A DNA stretch of 54,311 nt, from assembly GCA_964384585.1 (NCBI GenBank), contig CAYLME010000001.1:1-54311 (forward strand), given 5' to 3'. The notes below the pieces were generated by a model, which was given only the letters and a program-made list of their open reading frames with translations, did no database searches and was not told where the DNA came from. Within the stretch, counting starts at the first letter, position 1, and every line of letters starts with the position of its first letter. This stretch comes from an uncultured Gemmatimonadaceae bacterium (GTDB taxonomy: Bacteria; Gemmatimonadota; Gemmatimonadetes; Longimicrobiales; RSA9). Shown one piece after another: positions 10,119 to 18,662 of this stretch. A program made the position numbers and the translations under genes.

Positions 10119-10223
10119 CCACTTGATGTCACGGAACCGTGACCAGGGGTTGCGGCCGCCTGCGTGCGGGCGGCCACCGCCTGGGGTTCCTGCGCCGAGC
10201 CGCTCACCCGTACGGAGGTTCGC

Positions 10224-11135
10224 ATGCTCATCCGTCGCCCGTCCGACATCGCATCCTCCGAGATCACGCCAGAGTCCGTGTACCTGGACCGCCGCCGCTT
10301 CATCGGTGCGACCGCGGGCATGGTCGCACTGGCCGCCTGCAACCGGGACGAGGGTGCTGCGCAGACTGTAGAAGACGCACAGGAGGAGTTGACGCCGTGG
10401 GAAGCGGTGACGACGTACAACAACTTCTACGAGTTCGGCACCGGTAAGGAAGACCCCGCACGCAACGCGCACACGCTGCAGACACGGCCGTGGTCGATTG
10501 CAGTCGAAGGTCACGTCGCGAAGCCCGCCGTCTACGATCTCGAGGATTTCGTTGCACCGCACACCCTCGAGGATCGTGTCTACCGGCTTCGGTGCGTCGA
10601 GGCGTGGTCGATGGTGATCCCGTGGCGCGGCTTCCCCCTGCGCGACCTCATCGCGCGGGTCGAGCCGACTTCGAAGGCGAAGTACGTCGAGTTCACGACA
10701 CTGCACGCTCCGGAACAGATGCCCGGCCAGCGCGTGCCGATCCTGGACTGGCCGTACGTCGAGGGCCTGCGACTCGATGAAGCGATGCATCCGCTCACGC
10801 TCATGGTCACCGGCCTCTACGGACGTGACCTGCCGAACCAGAACGGCGCGCCGCTGCGCCTGGTGGTGCCGTGGAAGTACGGCTTCAAGAGCATCAAGTC
10901 GATCGTGCGCATGCGGTTCGTCGAGCAGCAGCCGACCTCGTCGTGGATGGCTGCAAACCCGCGCGAGTACGGCTTTTACGCGAATGTGAACCCGGACGTC
11001 GACCACCCGCGCTGGAGCCAGGCACGCGAGCGACGCATCGGCGAGATGCGTCGTCGCGACACGCTGATGTTCAACGGGTATGGCGAGCACGTCGCGTCGC
11101 TCTACAGCGGCATGGACCTGCGGCGCAACTACTGA
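10224..11135 (+). CDS. msrP: protein-methionine-sulfoxide reductase catalytic subunit MsrP (YedY, molybdopterin)
   Basis: The sequence reads [28 protein letters not shown] (Tat-like RRRF), then [25 protein letters not shown] and [29 protein letters not shown] lies 5 nt upstream of the ATG at 10224. Confidence 0.9.
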   Translation: MLIRRPSDIASSEITPESVYLDRRRFIGATAGMVALAACNRDEGAAQTVEDAQEELTPWEAVTTYNNFYEFGTGKEDPARNAHTLQTRPWSIAVEGHVAKPAVYDLEDFVAPHTLEDRVYRLRCVEAWSMVIPWRGFPLRDLIARVEPTSKAKYVEFTTLHAPEQMPGQRVPILDWPYVEGLRLDEAMHPLTLMVTGLYGRDLPNQNGAPLRLVVPWKYGFKSIKSIVRMRFVEQQPTSSWMAANPREYGFYANVNPDVDHPRWSQARERRIGEMRRRDTLMFNGYGEHVASLYSGMDLRRNY

Positions 11136-11266
11136 CGGGCGCACCTGTGACGGATACGCGCGTTCCCCAGGCGGAGGATGCAGCGTCCCTGAAGCGTGCA
11201 CCGGATGCGACGACCGCCCGCACTCCCGCGTCGGCGCCCGGCCGGCGCCGCGCACCGAGCCACGAG

Positions 11267-11860
11267 ATGGTTGCGAAGGTCGCGCTCTGGATCATCTGCC
11301 TGGTCCCGGCAGCGCGATTATCCTACGACGCGACGACAGGCGGACTCGGCGTCAATCCGATCGAGACGCTGACGCACGAGACCGGTCGCACCGCCCTGCT
11401 GATCCTGATCGCGACACTGGCGGTCACGCCGCTGCGACGCATCACCGGCCAGAACTGGCTGATCCGTCTGCGTCGGCCGCTCGGTTTGTTCGCGTTCTTC
11501 TATGCGCTGGCGCATTTCACGATCTACGTGGTGCTCGACCAGTTCTTCGCGTGGGCCTACATCATCGAAGACATTCTCGAGCGGCCGTACATCACCGTTG
11601 GCTTCGCGGCACTCGTGCTGCTCGTGCCACTCGCGCTGACCTCCACGCGCGGCTGGATCCGCCGGCTCGGTCGCAACTGGCAGCGGCTGCACCTGATGAT
11701 CTATCCCGCAGCCGCGCTCGCGCTCCTGCACTTCTACTGGAAACTGGCAGCCAAGTCCGATGTACGTGATGCGCTTGCGTACGGCGCTGCACTGGCGCTG
11801 GTTCTCGCGTTGCGCGCGCTCGTTGCGCTCGAGCGTCGCAGACGCCACACTCGGGTGTGA
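11267..11860 (+). CDS. msrQ: MsrQ (YedZ) haem-binding membrane subunit
   Basis: The protein has six predicted TM segments, with LGLFAFFYALAHFTIYVVLD and WQRLHLMIYPAAALALLHFYW (conserved His ligands). An alternative GTG start exists at 11147. Confidence 0.85.
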   Translation: MVAKVALWIICLVPAARLSYDATTGGLGVNPIETLTHETGRTALLILIATLAVTPLRRITGQNWLIRLRRPLGLFAFFYALAHFTIYVVLDQFFAWAYIIEDILERPYITVGFAALVLLVPLALTSTRGWIRRLGRNWQRLHLMIYPAAALALLHFYWKLAAKSDVRDALAYGAALALVLALRALVALERRRRHTRV

Positions 11861-13917
11861 CCACACCAGAGCTTATCCCCGCCGCTGACGTGCTCCCGTC
11901 CAGCGCCCGCGCCACACTGTGCGCGGCTGCGCGGCGCATCGTGTCGGACGCGTACGCGGACGCCGAATCGACCGCCGAGTTCGAAGCATCGCTGGGTGAG
12001 CGCATCGCCGCACTGGACGCGCATTCACTCTCGCAGTTGGGCCGGGCGCTCGGCATGCTCGGCAGCCGCGCAGCCATGCTGCTCACACACGGCGTACCGC
12101 TCCGGTTCGACGCGCTGAGCGCCGAGCGGCAGGACTCGGTGCTGCGTTCGTGGGAACGTGCGGGCATCGGCCTGCAGCGCACCATCTTCCAGGCCGTGCG
12201 GCGCCTCGTGGTCGGGAGCTGGTACGCGCTGCCACGCGCGCAGCGCACCACGGGTTATCTCGGGCCGTACCACCTGCGCGGCCCGCGCTTCCCGTGGGAA
12301 GGGCCGCTGCCAGGCACGACGCGCGACGACGAGCCCGTGCTGCGCGGCGCAGTCCAGCCGCAGCTCGACCTGCCACTCGCGCTGCGAGGCGTGCAGGACG
12401 CGCGCACGATCGACACGCACGCGCTGAGCGCCGACGTCTGCGTGATCGGCAGCGGTGCCGGCGGCGGCGTCGTGGCCGCGCGACTCGCGGAAGCCGGCTT
12501 CGACGTCGTCCTGCTCGAGGAAGGGAGCTACCTCGCGCCTGCCGAGTTGGACGAGGACGAGGGGCGCATGACTGCGCGCCTGTATGCGGACGGCGGCGCC
12601 CGGTTGACGGACGATGGCGCGTTCGGCCTGCTTCAGGGTCGCACGCTCGGCGGCGGCACGACCGTGAACTGGATGCTCATGCTCGAGCCACCGGGCCACG
12701 TCATGGACGAGTGGGAGAACGTGCACGGCGCGGCGTTGCTCGGCCACGCGTCGCTAGCGCCAGCACTGGAGCAGGTGGGCGAGGAAGTCCACGCGCGGCT
12801 GGTCCCACCCGATGCGCACGACCGGGGCAATCGCATCATCCTGGACGGCGCGGCAAGCCTGGGCTGGAAGGCGTCAGCCGCACGCATCAACGCAAAAGGG
12901 TGCATCCGCACCGGCCTCTGCGGACTCGGCTGCCGCTACCACGCGAAACAGAGCACGCTGGCGGTGTATGCGCCGCGTGCAGCGCGCGCGGGTGCACGCA
13001 TCGTCACGAATGCGCACGCCGATCGGATCGAGATTCGCGAGCGCGGCGGACGCGCTCCGCTCAAGCGCGTGCAGGCGACGATCGCGGACGGCAGCACCCG
13101 TCACGCCCTTTCGATCGACGCGCCCATCGTCGTCCTCGCGGCAGGCGCGATCGGTACGCCCGCGCTGCTGCAGCGCTCGGGACTCGGCGGCGACGGCGTC
13201 GGCGACTGGCTGCGCCTGCATCCTACGACTGCCGTTGCTGCCGTCTACCCGGACGTCGTGTACCAGGCAGCGGGAATCCCACAGTCCTCGCTGTGTACCG
13301 AGTACCACGACATCGACGGCGGCTATGGCACATGGATCGAGTGCCCGCCGTTCCTGCCCGCGCTCGCGTCCGTCGCAACCCCGGGCTTCGGCGACGGGCA
13401 CGCCCGCAAGATGAAGCAGTTCACCCACACGGCTGCGTTGATCGTGCTGACCCGCGACGGGCACGACGCCAGCCGATCGAACGGGCGTGTGCGCGTGCGA
13501 CGCGATGGGTCGGTAAGCATCGCCTACACGCCGGGCGCCCACGAGTGGAAGCTGCTGCGCATCGGGATGCGTGCCGCAGCGCGCATCCACCTGGCCGCCG
13601 GCGCTACCGAAGTGCTCACGGTACACAACGAGATACCGCCACTGTACGCGGAGGCCGACCTGGATCGCATCGACACCGTATCGATGCAGCCAAACCGCCT
13701 CTCGCTCTTTTCCGCGCACGTGAACGGTACCTGCCGCATGGGCACCGACCGCGCCACGTCGGGCTGCTCGCCGGATGCGGAGCGGTGGGGCGTGCCCGGG
13801 CTCTACATCGCCGACGGCTCGGTGCTGCCGACCGCACCCGGCATCAACCCGCAGTGGACCATCATGGCCGCGGCAACCGCGATCGCCGCCCGCATCGCGG
13901 AACGACACCGCTCCTGA
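11857..13917 (+). CDS. GMC-family FAD oxidoreductase with an N-terminal extension of about 190 aa (gluconate-2-dehydrogenase subunit-3-like, unverified)
   Basis: The FAD-binding motif is DVCVIGSGAGGGVVAARLAEAGFDVVLLEEG, and the C-terminal GMC motif is GLYIADGSVLPTAPGINPQWTIMA. The GTG start overlaps the msrQ stop (GTGA). Confidence 0.8.
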   Translation: MTTPELIPAADVLPSSARATLCAAARRIVSDAYADAESTAEFEASLGERIAALDAHSLSQLGRALGMLGSRAAMLLTHGVPLRFDALSAERQDSVLRSWERAGIGLQRTIFQAVRRLVVGSWYALPRAQRTTGYLGPYHLRGPRFPWEGPLPGTTRDDEPVLRGAVQPQLDLPLALRGVQDARTIDTHALSADVCVIGSGAGGGVVAARLAEAGFDVVLLEEGSYLAPAELDEDEGRMTARLYADGGARLTDDGAFGLLQGRTLGGGTTVNWMLMLEPPGHVMDEWENVHGAALLGHASLAPALEQVGEEVHARLVPPDAHDRGNRIILDGAASLGWKASAARINAKGCIRTGLCGLGCRYHAKQSTLAVYAPRAARAGARIVTNAHADRIEIRERGGRAPLKRVQATIADGSTRHALSIDAPIVVLAAGAIGTPALLQRSGLGGDGVGDWLRLHPTTAVAAVYPDVVYQAAGIPQSSLCTEYHDIDGGYGTWIECPPFLPALASVATPGFGDGHARKMKQFTHTAALIVLTRDGHDASRSNGRVRVRRDGSVSIAYTPGAHEWKLLRIGMRAAARIHLAAGATEVLTVHNEIPPLYAEADLDRIDTVSMQPNRLSLFSAHVNGTCRMGTDRATSGCSPDAERWGVPGLYIADGSVLPTAPGINPQWTIMAAATAIAARIAERHRS

Positions 13918-14241
13918 CCGGATCCCTGACCGACCATCCCGACCGGTCGGCCTGGCCGCAACCGACTGTCCGGAGCCGGCCCGCGGTGCGGGCAGTGGTG
14001 CGGACCACGACCCGTCGCGCGAAAAGCGCACCCCGACGGCGGACATAGACCATTGTCACACCGATAGTTACCTTTGATGTCGGGCCGATTTCACGCCCTT
14101 GACGCACTCCCCGGACGTCGTGGACCGCTGTCACCCGTCCGGTCCGCCGGACTGGCCGGAAGACCGCCCGGACCTGCCGGACAGCCGGCAGGGAAGTCGG
14201 CGGCCGCGCATGCCTCGCACGCTACGCCACACGGAGCAGTG

Positions 14242-15639
14242 ATGAAGCACGGATGGATGTTGGTCGTGGCAGTCCTGCTGCCCGCCTGCGCTGAAGTACC
14301 GTCGGACCGCGCCGGCGCGCTGCCTGCTCCGGGCGGAGATGCCGTACAGCCGGTGGCGCCGGCGAACACCGCGGATGCCGTCGGCTCGGCGCACATCGCG
14401 GGCGACTCCGTGCTGCTGGCGCCTGGAGACGGAAACATCTCCGTTACCGCGAGCACGCAGGGCAGCGCGGCCGGTGTGCAATCGACGATCAGGCAGAGAG
14501 CGCCGGCACAGATCCGTGGCATCTACCTGAATGCATACGCTGCCGGCTCCGCTCGCCGTCTTCCCGCTCTCCTCGCCCTCGCCGACACCACCGAGCTGAA
14601 CACGTTCGTGGTGGACGTGAAGGACGAGAAAGGCGTCCACTACCGCTCGCAGCTCGAGTTGCCGACGTCGCTCGCCCAGCCGGGCGAACAGACGATCCGC
14701 ACCATGTCCGCGTTCGTGGATACGTTGCACGCGCATGGCATCCATGCCGTCGCACGCATCGTCGTCTTCAAGGACCCGATCCTGTCGAAGGCGAAGCCGG
14801 AGTGGTCGATCCGCACGCCGGACGGCGAGCTGTGGATGGACAAGGCGGGCAACACCTGGGTGAGTGCCTGGGACCCGGCTGTCTGGGACTACAACATCTC
14901 GATCGCAGAGGAAGTCGCGAAGGCAGGCTTCGACGAGATCCAGTTCGACTACATCCGCTTCCCCGAGCCGTACGCGAGCCTGCCCGAGCAGGTGCACCCG
15001 AAGGCGGCAGGCACTCGGACGGAAGCAATCGTCGCGTTCCTCGATCATGCGCGCGAGCGACTGCACCCGCTCGGCGTGATCGTCGCCGCAGATGTGTTCG
15101 GCCTCTCCCCGAACGACGGTCGCGACATCAACATCGGACAGCAGTGGGAGGATGTGCTCGCTGCAGCGGATCACGTGCTGCCGATGGTGTACCCGTCGCA
15201 CTACCTGCCCACGCACCTGCCGGACGTGAGAACGCCGAACCGCATGCCGTACGAGACAGTGTACAAGAGCGTCGGTGCGGGCATGATACGCGCACAGCGG
15301 CTGGGTGACGGCGGAGTCACCACTGGACGCGTGATTCCGTGGCTGCAGGCGTTCGACGCGCCCTGGGTGGACCGGGAGTACAGCTACGGCCCGGAGCAGG
15401 CGAAGGCACAGATCGATGCACTGTACGACGTCGGCGTCGAAGACTGGATCTTCTGGCATCCAGGCTCGCGCTACGAGCATCTGTCTGCTGCGTTCGACCG
15501 TGAACTCGGGCCCCGCGCGAAGCCATTCGAGCCATCGCAGGACCTGATCGACTTTGCCGACCGCATCGACGCGGCCGGCGCGCGCGCGGCCCGCGTACGC
15601 GTAAGCGGCGCTGCGCCGAGTGCGGATTCCACATCATAG
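14242..15639 (+). CDS. putative glycoside-hydrolase-like lipoprotein (DUF4015/GHL-type TIM barrel)
   Basis: The lipobox is LLPAC. The sequence IRGIYLNAYAAGS...LNTFVVDVKDEKG...FDEIQFDYIRFP matches the pattern I recall for PF13200-type proteins. The ATG at 14242 follows a GGAG. Confidence 0.6.
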   Translation: MKHGWMLVVAVLLPACAEVPSDRAGALPAPGGDAVQPVAPANTADAVGSAHIAGDSVLLAPGDGNISVTASTQGSAAGVQSTIRQRAPAQIRGIYLNAYAAGSARRLPALLALADTTELNTFVVDVKDEKGVHYRSQLELPTSLAQPGEQTIRTMSAFVDTLHAHGIHAVARIVVFKDPILSKAKPEWSIRTPDGELWMDKAGNTWVSAWDPAVWDYNISIAEEVAKAGFDEIQFDYIRFPEPYASLPEQVHPKAAGTRTEAIVAFLDHARERLHPLGVIVAADVFGLSPNDGRDINIGQQWEDVLAAADHVLPMVYPSHYLPTHLPDVRTPNRMPYETVYKSVGAGMIRAQRLGDGGVTTGRVIPWLQAFDAPWVDREYSYGPEQAKAQIDALYDVGVEDWIFWHPGSRYEHLSAAFDRELGPRAKPFEPSQDLIDFADRIDAAGARAARVRVSGAAPSADSTS

Positions 15640-15646
15640 GCAGCGA

Positions 15647-17143
15647 ATGGGTGACCTGACCTTCCTCGTCCTCTTCGTCACTGGCGCGGCTGCCGGCGCG
15701 GGCGCCGTGTGGCTCGTGCTGGCGCGTCGCGTGCGCGAGGCCGAGCACTCCGCCGCTGAGCGCGAGCAGGCACGCGGCGCATTGCAGAGCGCTCTCGTTG
15801 CAGAGACAGAGCGCCGCTCGGCCGCCGAGGCGACCGCTGCACGCGTGCGCGACCTCGAGGCGGCGGTGCGCGAGCGTGAACAGCTGGTGCACGACTCGGA
15901 GCGCATGGCAACCGAGGCGCGCGTCGAGCTCACGCGTGTACAGGAGCAGCTCGCCTACGAACGTGAGGCGACCGCCGAGAAGCTCGCGGTGCTCGACAGC
16001 GCGAAGCGCTCGCTCGAGGACTCGTTCAAGGCACTCTCCTCGAGCGCACTGAACCAGAACGCCCAGACTTTCCTCGAGCTGGCGCGCGCTGCACTGGCCG
16101 AACAGCAGGAGCGCGCGAAGGGCGAGATCGAGACGAAGTCGCGCGAGATCGACGCTGTCGTGAAGCCGCTTCGCGAGTCCCTCGAGAAGGTCGACCTCCG
16201 GATCAACGAACTCGAGCGGGCACGAACCGGCGCCTACCATCAGCTGACGGAGCAGGTGCGCCAGCTGTCGATGGCGCAGCAGCAGCTGCACGCGCAGACG
16301 GCCAACCTCGTGCAGGCGCTGCGCGCTCCTGCCACCCGCGGGCGCTGGGGAGAAATCCAGCTCAAGCGTGTCGTCGAGATGGCCGACATGCTGAAGTACT
16401 GCGATTTCACGGAGCAGGAGAGCATCACGACGGCGGACGGGCGCCTGCGCCCCGACATGCTCGTGCGTCTGCCGAACGACAAGATCATCGTCGTCGATGC
16501 GAAGGTGCCGCTCGAGGCCTACCTCGACGCACGCGAGGCCCCGGACGAACAGGTTCGCGATGCTCACCTGCGCAAGCATGCGCAGCAGATCCGCGCGCAT
16601 GTCCGCAAGCTGGGCGAGAAGGCGTACTGGGAGCAGTTCCACGCGGAGTCGCCCGAGTTCGTCGTACTGTTCCTGCCGGGCGAGGCGTTCTACAGCGCGG
16701 CACTGGAGACGGACGCGCAGCTCATCGAGAATGCCGTGCAGCAGCGCGTGCTGATCGCGACGCCGATGACGCTGATCGCGCTCCTCAAGGCGGTCTCCTT
16801 CGGCTGGCGCCAGGAGACGATCGCACGCGAGGCGCACCAGATCAGCGAGGCCGGCTCGGAGCTGTACAAGCGCGTGCGCGCGTTCGCCGAGCACTTCACA
16901 GGCATGCGCAGGGGACTGGAGCGCGCGGTGACCTCGTACAACCGCGCGGTCGGCTCACTCGAGCGGAGCGTGCTCCCGTCCGCGCGCAAGCTGCGCACGC
17001 TCGGGGCCGGTACGGGCGAGGAGATCGACACGCTGGAGGTCATCAACCACCAGACGCGCGAGCTCAATGCGCCCGATCTCGTGATGCCGGTCGAGGATGA
17101 GCCGCCGGCCAGCGTACCCCGCGTCATACAGACCGAGCTGTAG
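15647..17143 (+). CDS. rmuC: DNA recombination protein RmuC
   Basis: There is an N-terminal TM helix and a long coiled coil. The conserved C-terminal domain reads YWEQF...PEFVVLFLPGEAFYSAALETD...VLIATPMTLIALLKAV. Confidence 0.85.
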   Translation: MGDLTFLVLFVTGAAAGAGAVWLVLARRVREAEHSAAEREQARGALQSALVAETERRSAAEATAARVRDLEAAVREREQLVHDSERMATEARVELTRVQEQLAYEREATAEKLAVLDSAKRSLEDSFKALSSSALNQNAQTFLELARAALAEQQERAKGEIETKSREIDAVVKPLRESLEKVDLRINELERARTGAYHQLTEQVRQLSMAQQQLHAQTANLVQALRAPATRGRWGEIQLKRVVEMADMLKYCDFTEQESITTADGRLRPDMLVRLPNDKIIVVDAKVPLEAYLDAREAPDEQVRDAHLRKHAQQIRAHVRKLGEKAYWEQFHAESPEFVVLFLPGEAFYSAALETDAQLIENAVQQRVLIATPMTLIALLKAVSFGWRQETIAREAHQISEAGSELYKRVRAFAEHFTGMRRGLERAVTSYNRAVGSLERSVLPSARKLRTLGAGTGEEIDTLEVINHQTRELNAPDLVMPVEDEPPASVPRVIQTEL

Positions 17144-17165
17144 CGACGCGTCCAGGCCATGAACA

Positions 17166-17207
17166 GAGAGGGCGCGGTGCCTCGAGCACCACGCCCTCTC
17201 CTGTTTC
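17166..17207. terminator. strong hairpin between convergent rmuC and the downstream minus-strand gene
   Basis: GAGAGGGCGCGGTGC (17166-17180) pairs with GCACCACGCCCTCTC (17186-17200) with one mismatch, followed by CTGTTTC. Confidence 0.6.
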
Positions 17208-17240
17208 AGGAAGCCAGAATCGCGCGACTTATATGTCGCC

Positions 17241-17741
17241 TTACGGCATGCCGTCCGGTCCGGGCTCCGACGGATTGCCGCTCGGCAGCTCGCCGGCCGG
17301 GGGCCGGTTGCTGCCGCCGCTCGAACGCGCCGCGCGCTCGTCCAGGTCCTGACGCAGCTCGTTGATCTTCGACTGCAACCGCTCGAGCAGCGAGTCCAGC
17401 CGCGGCTGCATGTCCGCCACGAACTGGTCGACCTTCGGCTGCACTTCCTTCATCGCATTCTGCGCACGCGGCTTGATGTCCGCGACGGCCTCTTCCACCC
17501 TGTCGTCGAGCTCCTCGAGTGCCTTCCTGATCTTCGGCCGGACTTCGTCTACGGCTGCCTCGATCCGCGCCTGCAAATCGCGCAGCGGATCGCGCCGGCC
17601 GGCCTCGTCGCCCGCGCCCCCCGCGTCAGCACCTGTCGACGTGCTACCACCAGCCCCACCGCCATAACCGCCGCTTCCGCCTGCAGCGGGATTCGCTTCA
17701 CCGTTCGCACCGCCTGCACCGGCGCCACCCGTATGTTCCAC
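17241..17741 (-). CDS. hypothetical protein: Gly-rich N-terminus plus apolipoprotein-like amphipathic helical repeats
   Basis: The gene has a GTG start with a GAGGAGG RBS. The N-terminus GGAGAGGANGE...GGSGGYGGGAGG is followed by DEVRPKIRKALEELDDRVEEAVADIKPRAQNAMKEVQPKVDQFVADMQPRLDSLLERLQSKINELRQDL, with repeats punctuated by P-K/R. Confidence 0.55.
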   Translation of the reverse strand: MEHTGGAGAGGANGEANPAAGGSGGYGGGAGGSTSTGADAGGAGDEAGRRDPLRDLQARIEAAVDEVRPKIRKALEELDDRVEEAVADIKPRAQNAMKEVQPKVDQFVADMQPRLDSLLERLQSKINELRQDLDERAARSSGGSNRPPAGELPSGNPSEPGPDGMP

Positions 17742-17914
17742 ACTGCCTCCTCATGGCTGATGACCCATCTTTCCACTACCCTACGGCTGAACCGGCCGCA
17801 CGTTTCGCGCCGATGACATCGGGCTGGCGGTGAACGCAGGCGCCGGAACGAAGCAGGCGCTCGTGCAGTAGCAATCCACGCCACATGCCGATCCATGCTA
17901 AAGGGCACGAGTCC

Positions 17915-18640
17915 ATGACGAATTCCAGTGACCGCGCGCGCCTGCTTCCGGCAGTCGTCCTCGCGCTCGGCGCAGTCCTGGCCGCGACGATCTTCGGCGC
18001 ATTCTTCCACAGCTCACGGGCATCACGCGACACTGTGCAGGTGACGGGCGCAGCCAGTGAGCGCTTCACGTCGGACATCATCAAGTGGCAGCTCATGCTG
18101 GCTCGCCAGGTCGATGCTTCCGTGTTGCCGAGCGGCTACGCGCAGCTTCGTGACGACGTGGCGCGCGTCCGCTCACAACTGCGCAGCGCCGGCATTGCCG
18201 ACAGCGCCGTAAGCGTGCAGCCCGTGAGCGCGAACCCGGTCTACAACCAGACCGGCACGATCAATTCGTATCAGGTCGTGCAGGGCATCACGGTAGTGTC
18301 GGCGGATCTGGACGGTGTGGAGCGCTGGGCAATGGATCCGGGCACACTGCTCGGCGACGGCGTCGTGATGCAGGGCTCGCAGCTCGAGTACTTCTATTCC
18401 GGCCTGGATACCCTGAAGCACAGCCTGCTGGCGGCCGCGACCCGGGACGCGCAGCGCCGCGCTGGCGAGATCGCGCGCAGCGCGGATCGTGAGGTCGGCT
18501 CCATCGTGAGTGCGCGGGCCGGTGTGTTCCAGATCAACGAGCCGTATGCGAACGAGGTGTCCGCGTACGGCATGTACAATACGGGCACGCGCGAGAAACA
18601 GATCACCGTCACCGTCCACAGCACCTTCAACCTGAACTGA
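17915..18640 (+). CDS. SIMPL/DUF541-family periplasmic protein
   Basis: There is an N-terminal anchor (LLPAVVLALGAVLAATIFGAF). Overall length and pattern fit this family (VQVTGAASERF..., ...DAQRRAGEIARSA..., ...ITVTVHSTFNL). Confidence 0.55.
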   Translation: MTNSSDRARLLPAVVLALGAVLAATIFGAFFHSSRASRDTVQVTGAASERFTSDIIKWQLMLARQVDASVLPSGYAQLRDDVARVRSQLRSAGIADSAVSVQPVSANPVYNQTGTINSYQVVQGITVVSADLDGVERWAMDPGTLLGDGVVMQGSQLEYFYSGLDTLKHSLLAAATRDAQRRAGEIARSADREVGSIVSARAGVFQINEPYANEVSAYGMYNTGTREKQITVTVHSTFNLN

Positions 18641-18662
18641 CGCGGGCCCGGGCGCGGCGGAT

